Shown here in pieces: positions 11,891 to 24,966 of a DNA stretch of 58,273 nucleotides. The notes below the pieces were generated by a model that worked only from the letters and a program-made list of their open reading frames with translations, was not told the DNA's origin and ran no database searches. Each line of letters starts with the position of its first letter. Position 1 is the stretch's first letter. The DNA is from Macrostomum lignano (lineage: Eukaryota). The DNA is taken from NCBI GenBank assembly GCA_002269645.1, contig NIVC01002039.1:1-58273 (forward strand). Reading direction: 5' to 3'. Made by a program: the position numbers and the translations under genes.

Positions 11891-12817
11891 ACCTTAGCTC
11901 CCAAGTAAGCTCGTCTATCGGCCAGCGGTCTGGTACCGCCCAGCATCATCAGCATCGCCTGATCTACATCAGCGCCTCGTCGCTTCAGCGCATCGCCGCT
12001 TCACTGTCTGCCTGACTGCAGCCTACAGCCGCCCTCGGTCACTCCGCCGCTCTCTCTCTCTGTGCAGCTGCCGGTAAGTTCCTATTACTAATTTGTGCTC
12101 CAATCGCCTTTACTTATCCGGGGTTTGCCTATTTGCCATTGCTTAATTAGAGAGCTGAGCCAATTGTGATACCGTAACTTTTGCTGTATTTTACTCAATA
12201 GTGAAGCCGCCTAATTGCCTGACTATTTGCCTTAGGGCCTAATTATTAACTATTAACTAACCTCATCATTATTCACTCTTTCACCATCATTTCACTCATG
12301 GCTTGCTAAGCCTTTCTCCCGGGGTGGCTAAGCATAAGGAAGTTTGGGTAAGCTAATGGCCTCTCCCATGCAAAGCCCGCCTGTGAGTGCGTGCTGCGGT
12401 GCCGTGTGTGCGTGCAGTAGAGGGATTAGCGAGTCTTGGCACAGAATGGCAGTAGGAAGGTTGCAACCCGATGCTGACGCGTCCCTTCGCCCTGAGCAAT
12501 CTAAACTGTAGACAGTACATGTTCCCCTCATACTACTCTTAGTAATCAAAGTCGCAAGTCAGCCTCGCTCACAGCCACAAAGGATCCCCTGCTGAGAAAT
12601 CCTCCAGATTGAGCCCAGAGTTCCCGATCATGCCCCAAGCAGAGTCCCTGTACTCGGCTGCATGTGTCTCCCCTGTTAGCCTAAATCTCCTGGTAACCAT
12701 CCCAGGCGGGGCTCTAGCCTCGAGAGGTCTGGTAGAAAGATCCAGGTGCGCCAGGTCACATAGAGTGGTGGCAGCCACTCGGTCATACTATGACTGAGTG
12801 ACCAACTATTGCACCTT
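11891..12817 (+). repeat. Right copy of ~0.9 kb inverted duplication (partner 89-1002)
   Basis: accttagctcccaag...ctattgcacctt is the reverse complement of 89-1002. GC-rich sequence continues on both sides, so this is probably the source copy. Confidence 0.95.
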
Positions 12818-13587
12818 GGCTGCAGGTGGGGTCCATGTGTGTCCTTGGCCCTCTGGTCACGAAGCGCTACCAAAGCTATCAATCATGTGGGCGGGACAGT
12901 CTGGTGCTGGAGGTCCGTCAGGTCATTGCCCGGTCATAGGCAGCATACGGTCATTGCCCCCTCTAGTCATGCGTTCGTCTCTCAACGGAGCGGACAGGCG
13001 ACAAGGGTGGTTACACCAGTCTGTTCAGGAAAAAGATTTTTGAAGTGAGAGAAGAAGTTCGATTTCTCACTTTTCAATTCACTACTAATACACTGCATTT
13101 TTACTAAATAATATTGACAGAGGTCAAATTAAGAATCAGAATGAAATTAAACTTAGATGGGTTGTATAGTCGTGCGTGTGAATGTGACTCACGCCACACT
13201 ATCAGTGCACGCGCCCTCGCAAGATCGATTGTGATTGGCTGGACGATTGTTTGATTTCTGTCTTACCCCAAACCAGCCTGAGCCATGCTGGTGGTCGCTG
13301 ATCGTGGCAAAGCGATCTGCGATCTTTATGTTGGTTTGGTAATACCTAACTTTGAGAATTTTACAATTGCGTCCCAGTTTAATACTAATAGAGGGCTGGT
13401 ATATTGATTACCAGACTTCTCACCCTGTAAGTCCCTTGCGTTGCACTTTTTCAATCTCGCCATGAATAAAAGCTAATATAAATATGGAGTGCCAAGTGCG
13501 AGACAGAAGTAAGTCCATTTTATTGAATAGAAGTTATCTACTTTACCTCGACTATTTTTCTATTAACTTGAATTTAAAGATTTGAGG

Positions 13588-14136
13588 ATGTCTCAACCAG
13601 CAAAAAAGCCCGATAGCTACATCGACATGTGGACTCTCGAAGCAAGAGCTATTGAGCAGCACATGAATGGCTTTCTCAGCCGAATGAAGTCACGAGTACT
13701 CGAACCGCTTGAACGAGTCGGACAGTAGGAAGCGGACCAGAAGCAGGCGCTGACTAGCCTTATTGCAGAGCAGCGCATTGAAATAGCCAAGCTGAGAGCT
13801 GACAACCAGCGACTTTAAGAGCAACTTCAGCGAGTCACAGCTAATCGAGACGCACTGGAAGAGCATCTCGGTGTGCAGATTGCTGCCGAAGAGCTTGACG
13901 AAGGAGCTAACGCACCTGGCCAGATGAAGCGACTGCATCCATCCGCGGCTAACTCGGCTGGTCCCAGTAAAGGTCGAGAACCAAATGCGGAGGACAGCGA
14001 AGACGCCGCTGATGACCATGGGACAGAAGAGATCGCCGATGATGCTGATGCTCCTAGCCGTAAGAGGCAGGGACAACAAAGCGCTAGCCCAGCTGGTTCC
14101 AGCAGAAGCGAAGACCCCAGTGCAGAGAACAGCTAA
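13588..14136 (+). pseudogene. Coiled-coil protein with acidic disordered tail, two in-frame stops
   Basis: MSQPAKKPDSYIDMWTLEARAIEQHMNGFLSRMKSRVLEPLERVGQ*EADQKQALTSLIAEQRIEIAKLRADNQRL*EQLQRVTANRDALEEHL...SAENS*. TAG 13726, TAA 13816. Confidence 0.6.
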
Positions 14137-15936
14137 GACCCGACGGTTACTGCACTCTTATATATGAGTAGTACAGACTTATAATACAAAGTATTCATTT
14201 CATCAAATATTATATCAGCTTAGTTTACTGTATGTTTTTTACATGTATGTTACAGTAAGTATACTTAAATATGTGCTAATTTTGACCAAGTCTTGATGTG
14301 GAATGAAAAGCTCTTATTTAATACCCCTCGCAGACTTTAAAAACTCCTTTCACGGCTTTTTTAGTTAGATTTCGTTTTTTTCAAGGAAAATTTTGAGTAT
14401 ACGAGTATTTAAAGCCATCTAGATGGAGGCGTCAATATAAAGATAATGCTTTTCATTTCACCATGACTTCCACGATACTATTAGTAAGTAGGCTACTTAC
14501 CGTATATTAAGTATTCTGCGAGACCAGCTCGTGGCGGGACTTTTCACTCTGGCTATATCTTACAATATAAAATACTTAATGTAAGCCATGAAAAGAGTGA
14601 ACTTGAAGTGGAAAGTCCTGAATAATGTCTTTGGTCTTTTTTATTTCGAACAACTTACAGCTGCCATTCTACGGCTAGAATGAACACGAGATTTGTACAT
14701 TCTTTTCCATCCTTTTGTACTTAAGTAGTGTGAGTCGACTGTTTGATGGCGTTGATGGCGGTATGAATCAGCCATAAGCGAATAGAAAAAGTAAAAAGCT
14801 TCAGAGCTTCTTCAAGTAGTAAGAAAAAACGAAGTTAAAAGCATTTCGAGTTAGTCTGAGCGCTCTATTTGACGTTTTTGGCAGAATCCTACGTTTGATA
14901 CATGTACATACTAATTAAAAATGGGCTGACAAGCATCTTTTTCGACTAGATGAAATTTATGCACTACTCAATGACTTTGTGGGATGCTTCTAATATATCT
15001 TTACAATTGAGACCAATTGGGACCGATTAAGAAATGTTCTTTTTGCGACAAAATAATGCAACGGAGCAAGTACACAAATACACGAGTATCTGGACAGGCT
15101 CTGGTTTTAATTATAAAATCAAGTCTAATAATTCCTTTCATAAATCATTCTCTCGGCATTGCACATTCGGCCTCTAATATCTATCTAAGTGACAAAAAAC
15201 TATGCGCTTGAGATTGAGGGCGAAGAAACTGAGGGTATGATTAAACAATGTTGGACAGTAGGAGACTGAGAAGCAGAATTAGGATTGAAGAAATGAGTTA
15301 TTTCTCAACATTATTTCGGAGTTGAAGGGTGACTCTTAGACTAAGTGGGAATGGAATGAAGAATTTGGAAGGATGAATACTTATAATTTATTGAATGTAG
15401 AATGTAGAAATTTTGCATCGACAAATGTATACTTTTAGCCAGGAGCAGATATATAATTTCTTTTCGGAGGCCAAGGGGCGCCAGTTAGCACGAGGGGCGC
15501 CATGTTATAGGGATGCCAATCAGGGTCAATCCAGGGTGCCAAAACTGCCAAAAGGGCGCAAAAACCGTTAGAACAAACTGTGACGTTGCTAGTTTAAGTG
15601 GTCCCGCAAAAGGGCCGTTGGACTATAGTTTCCCTTGCAATTTCTCATTTTAATTTCTCCAATAGTTTATTTTAACGTTTACTTGTAGTAGCGTGCAAAT
15701 AATCTGTATCAACTGCTAATTCACTGTGTATTCGGTAGGCCTTGCGTTCGTCTGTAAATTTTAGCACGATCGATAATTTCAAGTTCTCTCGCCAGCCAAT
15801 GAAACTCTCCGTGTTTTATGCTACCCCCCCTTTTGCGCTCTTTATTAACCCCCGCCTGGCGGCGGGCTCCTCACTTCTCCTGCCTTCTGTCTGCCTCCTC
15901 CCTTCGGGCCCCTCACTTCGCGGCTCTTGTTTTCCT

Positions 15937-15961
15937 TCTCTCTCTCTCTCTCTCTCTCTCT
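15937..15961 (+). repeat. (TC)n microsatellite in a GC-rich island
   Basis: About 12 perfect TC units. Confidence 0.9.
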
Positions 15962-16499
15962 TGGCTGCCTCGAGCCTGCCTTATCTCTCGCCACGGCCCA
16001 CCCTGTCTGGGCCCGTCTCGCCAGCCAGACCTGTTTACGCCTTTCCACTGCCAGTCTATTCTCCTAGTGCCACTGCACTGTTTGCTCACTGCCATCATTC
16101 GCCACTTGGGATCACCTTCATCGTGCTCAACCGCCTTCAACTTAACTTAACTTATTGTTGCGCTGCCGCCAGTGCCCAGTACAGTAGTCCACTATATTGA
16201 AACTGTTAACCTTTGTGTAAATCTGACTGCTACTCAAATAAACAAGCCTACGCCCAACTGGTTGCCGCGATATTGCCAGTGCTGCCGCTACAAACCGCCG
16301 TGTTGTCTCAACTAGTATTTCTTCACTACGACAAAACACGTGACAAAACGCTAAAATGCAACCGTCAAGGGGCGCCAGTGTCTAAAGGGCGTTGTCGTAG
16401 TTTCGAGGGGGCTGCCGCCCCCCCCCCCCGTTCCCCCAAATAAAAGATACATGACGCATGACATAAGCGCGCATTTAGTAACTGCTCTTAGTGACACAA

Positions 16500-16739
16500 G
16501 CACATTTAAAATGCATGAGTCTGGCACAAGCACATTTAAAATGCATGAGTCTGGCACAAGCACATTTAAAATGCATGAGTCTGGCACAAGCACATTAAAA
16601 ATGCATGAGTCTGGCACAAGCACATTTAAAATGCATGAGTCTGGCACAAGCACATTTAAAATGCATGAGTCTGGCACAAGCACATTTAAAATGCATGAGT
16701 CTGGCACAAGTACATTTAAAATGCATGAGTCTGGCACAG
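16500..16739 (+). repeat. 30-bp minisatellite x8
   Basis: gcacatttaaaatgcatgagtctggcacaa, near-perfect copies. Confidence 0.95.
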
Positions 16740-16995
16740 GCGCACATTCTAGACGCATCAATCTGAATGCTGCAGCTTGAAGTTAGAATAATAAGACCGG
16801 CGTATTCAGCCCTCCCGTATCCAAGCTCTCCCAGCAGCCAGTGCCGGACCATCAGCTGCAGCCAGCGACAGACCATCAAAACCCGGCCTCAGACTTGCGT
16901 AACTTGTGGTTCTATTCCTAGCTACTGAACATTTTACCATTTTTAATCGCAGCATTGTAAAATTTTAAATTTGTGAAAAATAAATATAGAGAAAA

Positions 16996-17020
16996 CGACA
17001 GACCATTTTTAGTATATGGA
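16996..17020 (-). mobile_element. 25-bp Helitron 5'-terminal stub at the left edge of the array
   Basis: Minus strand TCCATATACTAAAAATGGTCTGTCG matches full heads (e.g. 36792), then diverges. Confidence 0.65.
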
Positions 17021-17246
17021 CTAGCAATCTACGCCCCCCGTTGGGGAGCCAAAGAAATGCAATACACGTTTTTTTAATAAGCTACATGTATCCTTGAAAT
17101 CTTAAAAAATCTCCTGTCAAACCTTGTAAGCCTTGACATGTCAGTAATTCCCCCCCCCCACAAGCTTTAACATATTAACTTCCCCCTTGACATCTCAGCA
17201 ATGCCCCCAATAAGCCTTGGAAATCTAAAAATATTTGTCAACCTTC

Positions 17247-17299
17247 TAACCCTACCCTAGCCTACCCTAACCCTAACCCTAACCCTAACCTAACCCTAA
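17247..17299 (+). repeat. Interstitial (CCCTAA)n telomere-like tract
   Basis: ccctaaccctaaccctaaccctaacctaaccctaa; degenerate relatives near 17690, 50410, 54165 and 54320. Confidence 0.8.
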
Positions 17300-18224
17300 A
17301 GCATTGAAATTTCAGTAATTCTCTCTAAGAGTCATTATAGCACTACTACAGCATTATAGCGATTCCCTGCAAGCCTCGACATCGTAGGGATTCCTAAATG
17401 AATCTCTTAACTTCGACATGAAGCTTCTTTTATTTTTTACATTACGCTTTTTTTATCAGCGATCCCTCCCCTGAGGAGGCATCAAATAATGTAATAAAAA
17501 GTTTTCAATAAACTACATGTAGCTTCTGACTTTAGCCTTGAAATCTCATTTATACCCCCGTGAGCCTTGACATCTCAGCTATTCCCCCCGTAAGCCTTAA
17601 CATGTCAACAATGGCCCCCATAAACCTTGAAATCTAAAAAATCCCCTGTTATTCTGTTAACCTTGAAACCCGATAAAATATAACCCTCAACCCACACCTG
17701 ACCTAAACCTAACTTTAACCCAACCTAAAGCCTTGAAATCTCAGCAATTCTTCTCCCCTAAGCCTTGACATTTTAGTGATTCCTTCTTTAAGAATCACAG
17801 CACTATAACGATTTCCACCAAGCTTTGACATCGTAGCGATTCCCAAATGAATCTTTTAACTTCGACATGACTTTCCTTTTATGTATACGTAGTGCTACTT
17901 TTATTTTTTACATGACTCTTCTCCTATCAGCGCCCCCCCGTGGCGAGCCAACAAAGAATGCAATAAAAAATTGAGTAAAGTACATGAACTTTGAAGTAGC
18001 TTCTTACTTTTGCTTTGCCATCTCAGAACCCCCCCCGTAATCTCAGTTATTCTCTGAGAGCCTTTACGTCTCAGTTTTTCTCCCCAGCACAGCATTATAG
18101 CTGCATTTAATTTTTACATGACACCCTTCATGTCTGACATGAAGCTTCTTTTATTCTACCATGATGCTTCTTAATTTTTTGAATGACACTTTCATTAGTT
18201 TTTAAATGAGGCTTCTATGATTTT

Positions 18225-19040
18225 TTCTTGACGCTTCTATGATTGTTTACATGACGCTTCTATGATTTTTTACATGACGCTTCAATGATTGTTTACATGA
18301 CGCTTCTATGATTGTTTACATGACGCTTCTATGATTTTTTACATGACGCTTCTATGATTGTTTACATGACGCTTCTATGATTTTTTTAAATGACGCTTTT
18401 ATGATTTTTAAATGACGCTTCTACGATTTTTTACATGACGCTTCTATGATTTTTTACATGACGCTTCTATGATTTTTTACATGACGCTTCTATGATTGTT
18501 TACATGACGCTTCTATGATTTTTTTAAATGACGCTTTTATGATTTTTAAATGACGCTTCTACGATTTTTTACATGACGCTTCTATGATTTTTTAAATGAC
18601 GCTTCTATAATTGTTTACATGACGCTTCTATGATTGTTTACATGACGCTTCTATGATTCTTTACATGACGCTTCTATGATTCTTTACATGACGCTTCTAT
18701 GATTTTTATATGACGCTTCTTCGATTTTTTACATGACGCTTCTATGATTGTTTACATGACGCTTCTATGATTTTTTACATGGCGCTTCTATGATTGCTTA
18801 CATGACGCTTCTATGATTGTTTACATGACGCTTCTATGATTTTTTACATGACACTTCTATGATTGTTTACATGACGCTTCTATGATTGTTTACATGGCGC
18901 TTCTATGATTGTTTACATGACGCTTCTATGATTCTTTACATGACGCTTCTATGATTTTTTACATGGCGCTTCTATGATTGTTTACATGACGCTTCTATGA
19001 TTTTTTACATGACGCTTCTATGATTTTTACATGACGCTTC
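18225..19040 (+). repeat. Minisatellite D, ~23 bp
   Basis: tacatgacgcttctatgattgtt repeated. Confidence 0.95.
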
Positions 19041-19103
19041 TTTTTAAAAAGTCTTTTAGTTTTCCTGACGTTGAAAAGGTTTAATAAAAAAATTATACTC
19101 TAT

Positions 19104-19166
19104 GAAAATTCGAACAATCGTCGCTGCATTTAGCAGTTCAGTTTGTTCACCTCTAGGCTAGCTCTC
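19104..19166 (-). ncRNA. Degenerate tRNA-derived cassette in H1
   Basis: aaattcgaacaatcgtcgctgcatttagcagttcag...ggctagctctc, homologous to the nine intact copies. Confidence 0.4.
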
Positions 19167-20084
19167 ATCGTTTTGATAACATCAAATTTTGCACTTATAT
19201 ATATAATTCAACCGCTTAAAATCCAAGCATAGAGTAAATCACACGAAGCAGTTATGACATAATCAATTTCTCAGTCAGTCAGTGTGACGCGACCCTTCTT
19301 GTTCGGTGCTGACGGCTATGCACTTATCAATAAAAGAGTCTACGTAGCAAGAAAGTTTAGAATTTTAACTTCGACTGATTGTATTTAACCGTATTATATT
19401 ATTTATTTGAAGACAGGAGTTAACTGTTACTGTTAAATTATTGGTAGTAAGTACTAAGTATGGCGAATAGGCACAACGCGGCGGACAAACCAACAGCACA
19501 CACGAGCCCAGCGAGACAAGAAACACTAGAGAACAAAAATGCGAAATAACCCACTTTTAAATAATGCAATACCCGTATTTCTATGAATGATACAGTAAAA
19601 CAAATTTTATGTATAAATATAGAATAAATTTAAGATTCGTTTAATAAATAGTAGCTAGAGTAATAATATAATACTAAAAAGGCATTAATAACACTAGAAT
19701 ATTTTCAGAAATAAATATCAACATCGTTACAGTCAGTATCAGTTAACAATATGGTTACGCAATTTAAATCAAGTCTGGTGCTACGCTTCCACACTGCATT
19801 TTCAATTCAAGTCGGAGTTACAATTCAGTGATGATGCAATCTATTTCAGAATCAGAATTCAACCAGTCAGTTTTTTCTCTAGCATTCCTACAATGCATTT
19901 CAAGTCGAAAAGTTTGCTTGACCTTTGCAAAAAAGCATGTTTTTCGAATATTTAATGCCTTTAGCATCGAGCAATTTCTTAGCCACGATGCATGTACAGT
20001 CACGGGAAAATTTCTGATCGAACAGTGCAAGTTTGAACAAAATCGGTCCAGCCATTTTTTCTGTAATCGATCACATAGATAGGA

Positions 20085-21915
20085 TAGCAATCTTTGCCCC
20101 CCGATGGGGGACATCTGGATAGAATCTCTGTTCTCTACAAGTAACAAAAAGACAGCCAAAAAATCCTTCACAAAGACAACAGACAAACTGCTCAAATGAA
20201 GTGAATTGCAATAAGAAATCTTCCCAAGACCACAAGCATCCCCCAGATAGCAAGCATTCCCCAGATAGCAAGCATTCCACAGATTGCAAGCATCCCCAGA
20301 TAGCAAGCATCCCCCAGATAGCAAGCATCCTCCAGATAGCAAGCATCCCCCAGATAGCAAGCATCCCCCAGATAGCAAGCATCCCCAGATAGCAAGCATT
20401 CCCCAGATAGCAAGCATCCACCAGATAGCAAGCATCCTCCAGATAGCAAGCATCCCCCAGATAGCAAGCATCCCTCAGATAGCAAGCATCCCTCAGATAG
20501 CAAGCATCCACCAGATAGCAAGCATCCCTCAGATAGCAAGCATCCCCAAATTGCAAGCATCGCCCAGATAGCAAGCATCCCCCAGAAAGCAAGCATCCTC
20601 CAAATAGCAAGCATCCCCCAGATAGATAGCATCCCCAAATAGCAACCATCCACCAGACAATAAGTAGCTAGAGCGACAATTTCCTTAGCTTTATAGTGGC
20701 TCCTTTAAATTGGCATGGCGCTTTATACCTTTACATTTATATCTTGTATATCTTGAATGTTTGACATGGTGGCTCTTTTATGTTTTACATAGTGGCTCTT
20801 CTATGTTTGGCATGGTGGATCTTTAATGTTCGACATGGTGGCTTTTTAAGGTTTGAAATGGTAACACTTTAATGTTTGACATAAAGTCATATATATGTTT
20901 GACATGGTGGCTCCTAAATGTTTGACATTGTGGCTCTTTTATGTTCGACATGGTAGATCTTTTTTGTTCTACATGGTAACTCTTTTATGTTTGATACGGT
21001 CGCTTTTTAATGTCTGACATGTTGGCTCTTTTATGTTTGACATGGTGGCTCATTAATGTTCGACAAAGTGGCTCTTTAATGTTTGACATGGTGGCTCTTT
21101 AATGTTCAAAATGGTGGCTCTTTAATGTTCAAAATGGTGGCTCTTTAATGTTCGAAATGGTGGCTCTTTAATGTTCGAAATGGTGGCTCTTTTATGTTTG
21201 ACATGGTGGCTCTTTAATGTTCGACATGGTGGCTCTTCTATGTTTGATATGGTAACTCTTTTATGTTGGATATGTTGGCTCTTCTATGTTTGACATTGCG
21301 CTTCTTTGATTTTTAGCAGTTTTGTTGTGTTTTTAAGGTGTTTTAATCAAAAAAATCTTTTTGTACTACTAAGATTCGAACCCAGGTTGCTACATTAGCA
21401 TTCCAGTCTGTTCGCATCAGGGCTATCTCTTTTCAATTGGAGAACATGAATTGTGGCCCTTATAATTCAATTCTTACAGCAAGTCAATCGGAGTAAAAAG
21501 TTATGACATAATAATCAATTTCTCAGTCAGCCAGTATCAGTCTCAATTTAAGTCAGCAATATGGTTACGCAATTTAAATCAAGTCGTTTGTGCATTTCTT
21601 CGGCACTGTTTTCAACTTGTTGTGATGCAATCTTTATCACAATCGGAATTCAGTCGGTCAGTTTTTTCTCTAGCATTCTTACAATGCATTTCAAGTCGAA
21701 AATTTGGCTTGACCTTTGCAAAAAAGCATGTTTTTCGAATATTTAATCCCTTTAACATTGAGCAATTTCTTAGCCAAGATGCATGTACCGTCCCAGGAAA
21801 ATTTCTGATCGAATGGTGCAAGTTTGAAGAAAATCGGTTGAGCCAATTTTTCTGAAATCTATCGCATACCCACATACCCACATACAGACAACTCATTTTT
21901 AGTATATAGGAAGGA
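20085..21915 (-). mobile_element. Non-autonomous Helitron H2 (tail b; 18-bp A array 20228-20650, 23-bp B array 20755-21300)
   Basis: ccccc-cgat-ggggg hairpin, 5' TCCTATATACTAAAAATG at 21911 plus a 4-nt stutter. Confidence 0.8.
21369..21429 (-). ncRNA. tRNA-derived Pol III-like cassette
   Basis: Minus strand: TAGCCCTGATGC (A box-like), loop ATGCTAA, GGTTCGAATC (B box), T-run ~20 nt downstream. Confidence 0.55.
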
Positions 21916-22794
21916 CTAGCAATCTTCGCCCCCCGATGGGGGACATCTAAATAGAATATCTGTTCTCTAAAAGTAACAAAAAGACAGCGAAATAAAGCTT
22001 TCACAAAGACAACAGACATTCCATCTGTAAAGAAAACATCCCCAGACAGCATGCAAGCATCTCCCAGATAGCAAGCATCCCCCAAATAGCAAGAATCCCC
22101 CAGATAGCAAGCATCCCCAGACAGCATGCAAGCATCTTCCAGATAGCAAGCATCCCCCAGATAGCAAGCATCCCCAGACAGCATGCAAGCATCTTCCAGA
22201 TAGCAAGCATCCCCCAGATAGCAAGCATCCCCAGACAGCATGCAAGCATCTCCCAGATAGCACGAATCCCCCAGACATAGAAAGCATCCCCAGACAGCAC
22301 GCAAGCATCCCCCCGATAGCAAGAATCCCCCAGATAGCAAGCATCCCCAGACAGCATGCAAGCATCCCCCAGATAGCAAGCATCTCCCAGATAGCAAGAA
22401 TCGCCCAGATAGCAAGCATCCCCAGACAGCATGCAAGCATCCCCAGACAGCATGCAAGCATCCCCAAACAGCATGCAACCATCCCCCAGATAGCAAGCAT
22501 CCCTGGATACAAAGAATCCTTATAGATAGCTAGCAACCCCCTCTCAGATAGCAAGTAGCCTTCACTCCCCAAGAGCAAGCATCCCCCAATAGCATGTTAC
22601 CCCAGATAGCAAGCATTCTTCCGATAGCAAGCATCCCTCCCCCCAATAGCAAGCATCACTCAGATAGCAAGCATCCCCCTGATAGCAAGTATCCATCCTT
22701 AAATAGCAAGCATCCACCAGACATCAAGTAGCTAGTGCAATAATTTCATTAGCTTTATAGTGGCTCCATTTTGTTTGGCATGACACTTCTTTTT

Positions 22795-24840
22795 ATGTTT
22801 GACATGGTGGCTCTTCTATGTTTGACATGGACACATGGTGTCTCTTCTATGTTTGACATGGTGGCTCTTCTATGTTTGACATGGTAGCTCTTTAATGTTT
22901 GACATGGAGTCACGTATATGTTTGACATAGTGGCTCTTTAATGATTGACATCGTGGTTCTTTAATGTTTGACATGGTGGCTCTTTAATGTTTGACATGGT
23001 GTCTCTGTTATGTTTTACATGGTGGCTCAGTTGTTCGACATGGTGTCTCTTCTATGTTTGACATGGTGGCTCTTTTGTGTTTGACATTGTGGCTCTTTAA
23101 TGTTTGACATGGTGGCTCTTCTATGTTTGACATGGTAGCACTTTAATCTTCGACATGATGGCTCTTTAATTTTTGACATTGTGGCTCTTTAATGTTTGAT
23201 ATGGTGGCTCTTTTATGTTTGACATGGTGGCTCTTTAATGTTTGACATGGAGTAATGTATATGCTTGACGTGGTGGTTCTTTTATGGTTGACATGGTGGC
23301 TTTTTTATGTTTGACATGGCGGCTCTTTTATGTTCGACATGGTGGCTCAATAATGTTCGACATGGTGGCTCTTTTATGTTTGACATGGTGGCTCTTTTAT
23401 GTTCGACATGGTGGCTCTTTTGTGTTTGACATTGTGGCTCTTTAATGTCTGACATGGTGGCTCAATAATGTTCGACATGGTGGCTCTTTTATGTTTGACA
23501 TGCTGGCCCTTTAGTGATTGACATCGTGGTTCTTTAATGTTTGACATAGTGGCTCTTTAATGTTTGGCATGGTGGATCTTTAATGTTTGACATGGAGTAA
23601 TGTATATGCTTGACGTGGTGGTTCTTTTATGGTTGACATGGTGGCTTTTTTATGTTTGACATGGCGGCTCTTTTATGTTTGGCATGGTGGCTCTTTTATG
23701 TTTGACATGGTGGCTCTTTAATGTTTGACATGGTAGTTCTTTTATGTTTGATATGGTGGCTCTTTTATGTTTGGCATGGTGGCTCTTTAATGTTAGACAT
23801 GGTGGCTCAATAATGTTCGACATGGTGGCTCTTTTATGTTCGACATGCTGGCTCTTTAATGTTCGACAAAGTGGCTCTTTAATGTTTGACATGGTGGCTA
23901 TTGTTTGACATGGTGGCTCTTTAATGTTCGAAATAGTGGCTCTTCAATGTTTGAAATGGTGGCTCTATTATGTTCGACATGGTGGCTCTTTTAGGTTTGA
24001 CATGGTGGCTCTTAAATGTTTCACATGGTGGCTCTTTAGTTTTTAACATGGTGGCTCTTTGATGTTCTTCATGATATAGCTCTTTTATGTTACACATGGT
24101 GGCACTTTAATGTTCGACATGGTGGCTCTTTAATGTTTGACATAAAGTCACATATATTTTTGACATGGTGGCTCTTAAATGTTTGACATGGTGGCTCTAT
24201 AATGTTCGACATGGTAGCTCTTTTATGTCCGACATGGTGGCTCCTAAATGTTTGACATGGTGGCTCTTAAATGTTTGACATGGTGGCTCTTAAATGTTTG
24301 ACATGGTGGCTCTTTAATATTCTACATGGTGGCTCTTTTATGTTAGACATGGTGGATCTTTAATGTTCGACATGGTGGCTTTTTAAGGTTTGAAATGGTA
24401 ACACTTTAATGTTTGACATAAAGTCATATATATGTTTGACATGGTGGCTCCTAAATGTTTGACATTGTGGCTCTTTTATGTTCGACATGGTAGATCTTTT
24501 TTGTTCTACATGGTAACTCTTTTATGTTTGATACGGTCGCTTTTTAATGTCTGACATGTTGGCTCTTTTATGTTTGACATGGTGGCTCATTAATGTTCGA
24601 CAAAGTGGCTCTTTAATGTTTGACATGGTGGCTCTTTAATGTTCAAAATGGTGGCTCTTTAATGTTCAAAATGGTGGCTCTTTAATGTTCGAAATGGTGG
24701 CTCTTTAATGTTCGAAATGGTGGCTCTTTTATGTTTGACATGGTGGCTCTTTAATGTTCGACATGGTGGCTCTTCTATGTTTGATATGGTAACTCTTTTA
24801 TGTTGGATATGTTGGCTCTTCTATGTTTGACATTGCGCTT
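22795..24840 (+). repeat. Minisatellite B, 23 bp
   Basis: atgtttgacatggtggctcttta repeated, with interspersed acatggagtca variants. Confidence 0.95.
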
Positions 24841-24905
24841 CTTTGATTTTTAGCAGTTTTGTTGTGTTTTTAAGGTGTTTTAATCAAAAAAATCTTTTTG
24901 TACTA

Positions 24906-24966
24906 CTAAGATTCGAACCCAGGTTGCTACATTAGCATTCCAGTCTGTTCGCATCAGGGCTATCTC
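24906..24966 (-). ncRNA. tRNA-derived Pol III-like cassette
   Basis: Copy of 21369-21429 (offset 3537). Confidence 0.55.

Larger units (their letters stand above)
17021..20084 (-). mobile_element. Non-autonomous Helitron H1 (tail a; degenerate F repeats, CCCTAA tract, 23-bp D array)
   Basis: Minus-strand 3' end ccccaacgggg hairpin then CTAG (17021-17024), conserved head 19740-20084; right junction partly deleted. Confidence 0.8.

Noticed and set aside
89-12817. A single 12.7 kb TIR transposon, Polinton or DIRS element bounded by the inverted repeat
   Set aside because: No TSD, the right copy is embedded in continuing GC-rich sequence, the left copy cuts a gene, and no polB, integrase, RT or tyrosine recombinase is seen.
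1848-14136. Ciliate-type genetic code (TAA/TAG = Gln)
   Set aside because: The USP and coiled-coil ORFs end at TAA where composition turns non-coding, Gln is otherwise CAA/CAG, and the long RPA exon 2 has no TAR codons.
15588-15620. Helitron 3' end for the 17020 stub (ctag + ggtcccgcaaaagggcc)
   Set aside because: The hairpin is imperfect and the base after CTAG on the minus strand is C, not T.
17247-17299. True chromosome end
   Set aside because: Short, degenerate and internal to a repeat unit.
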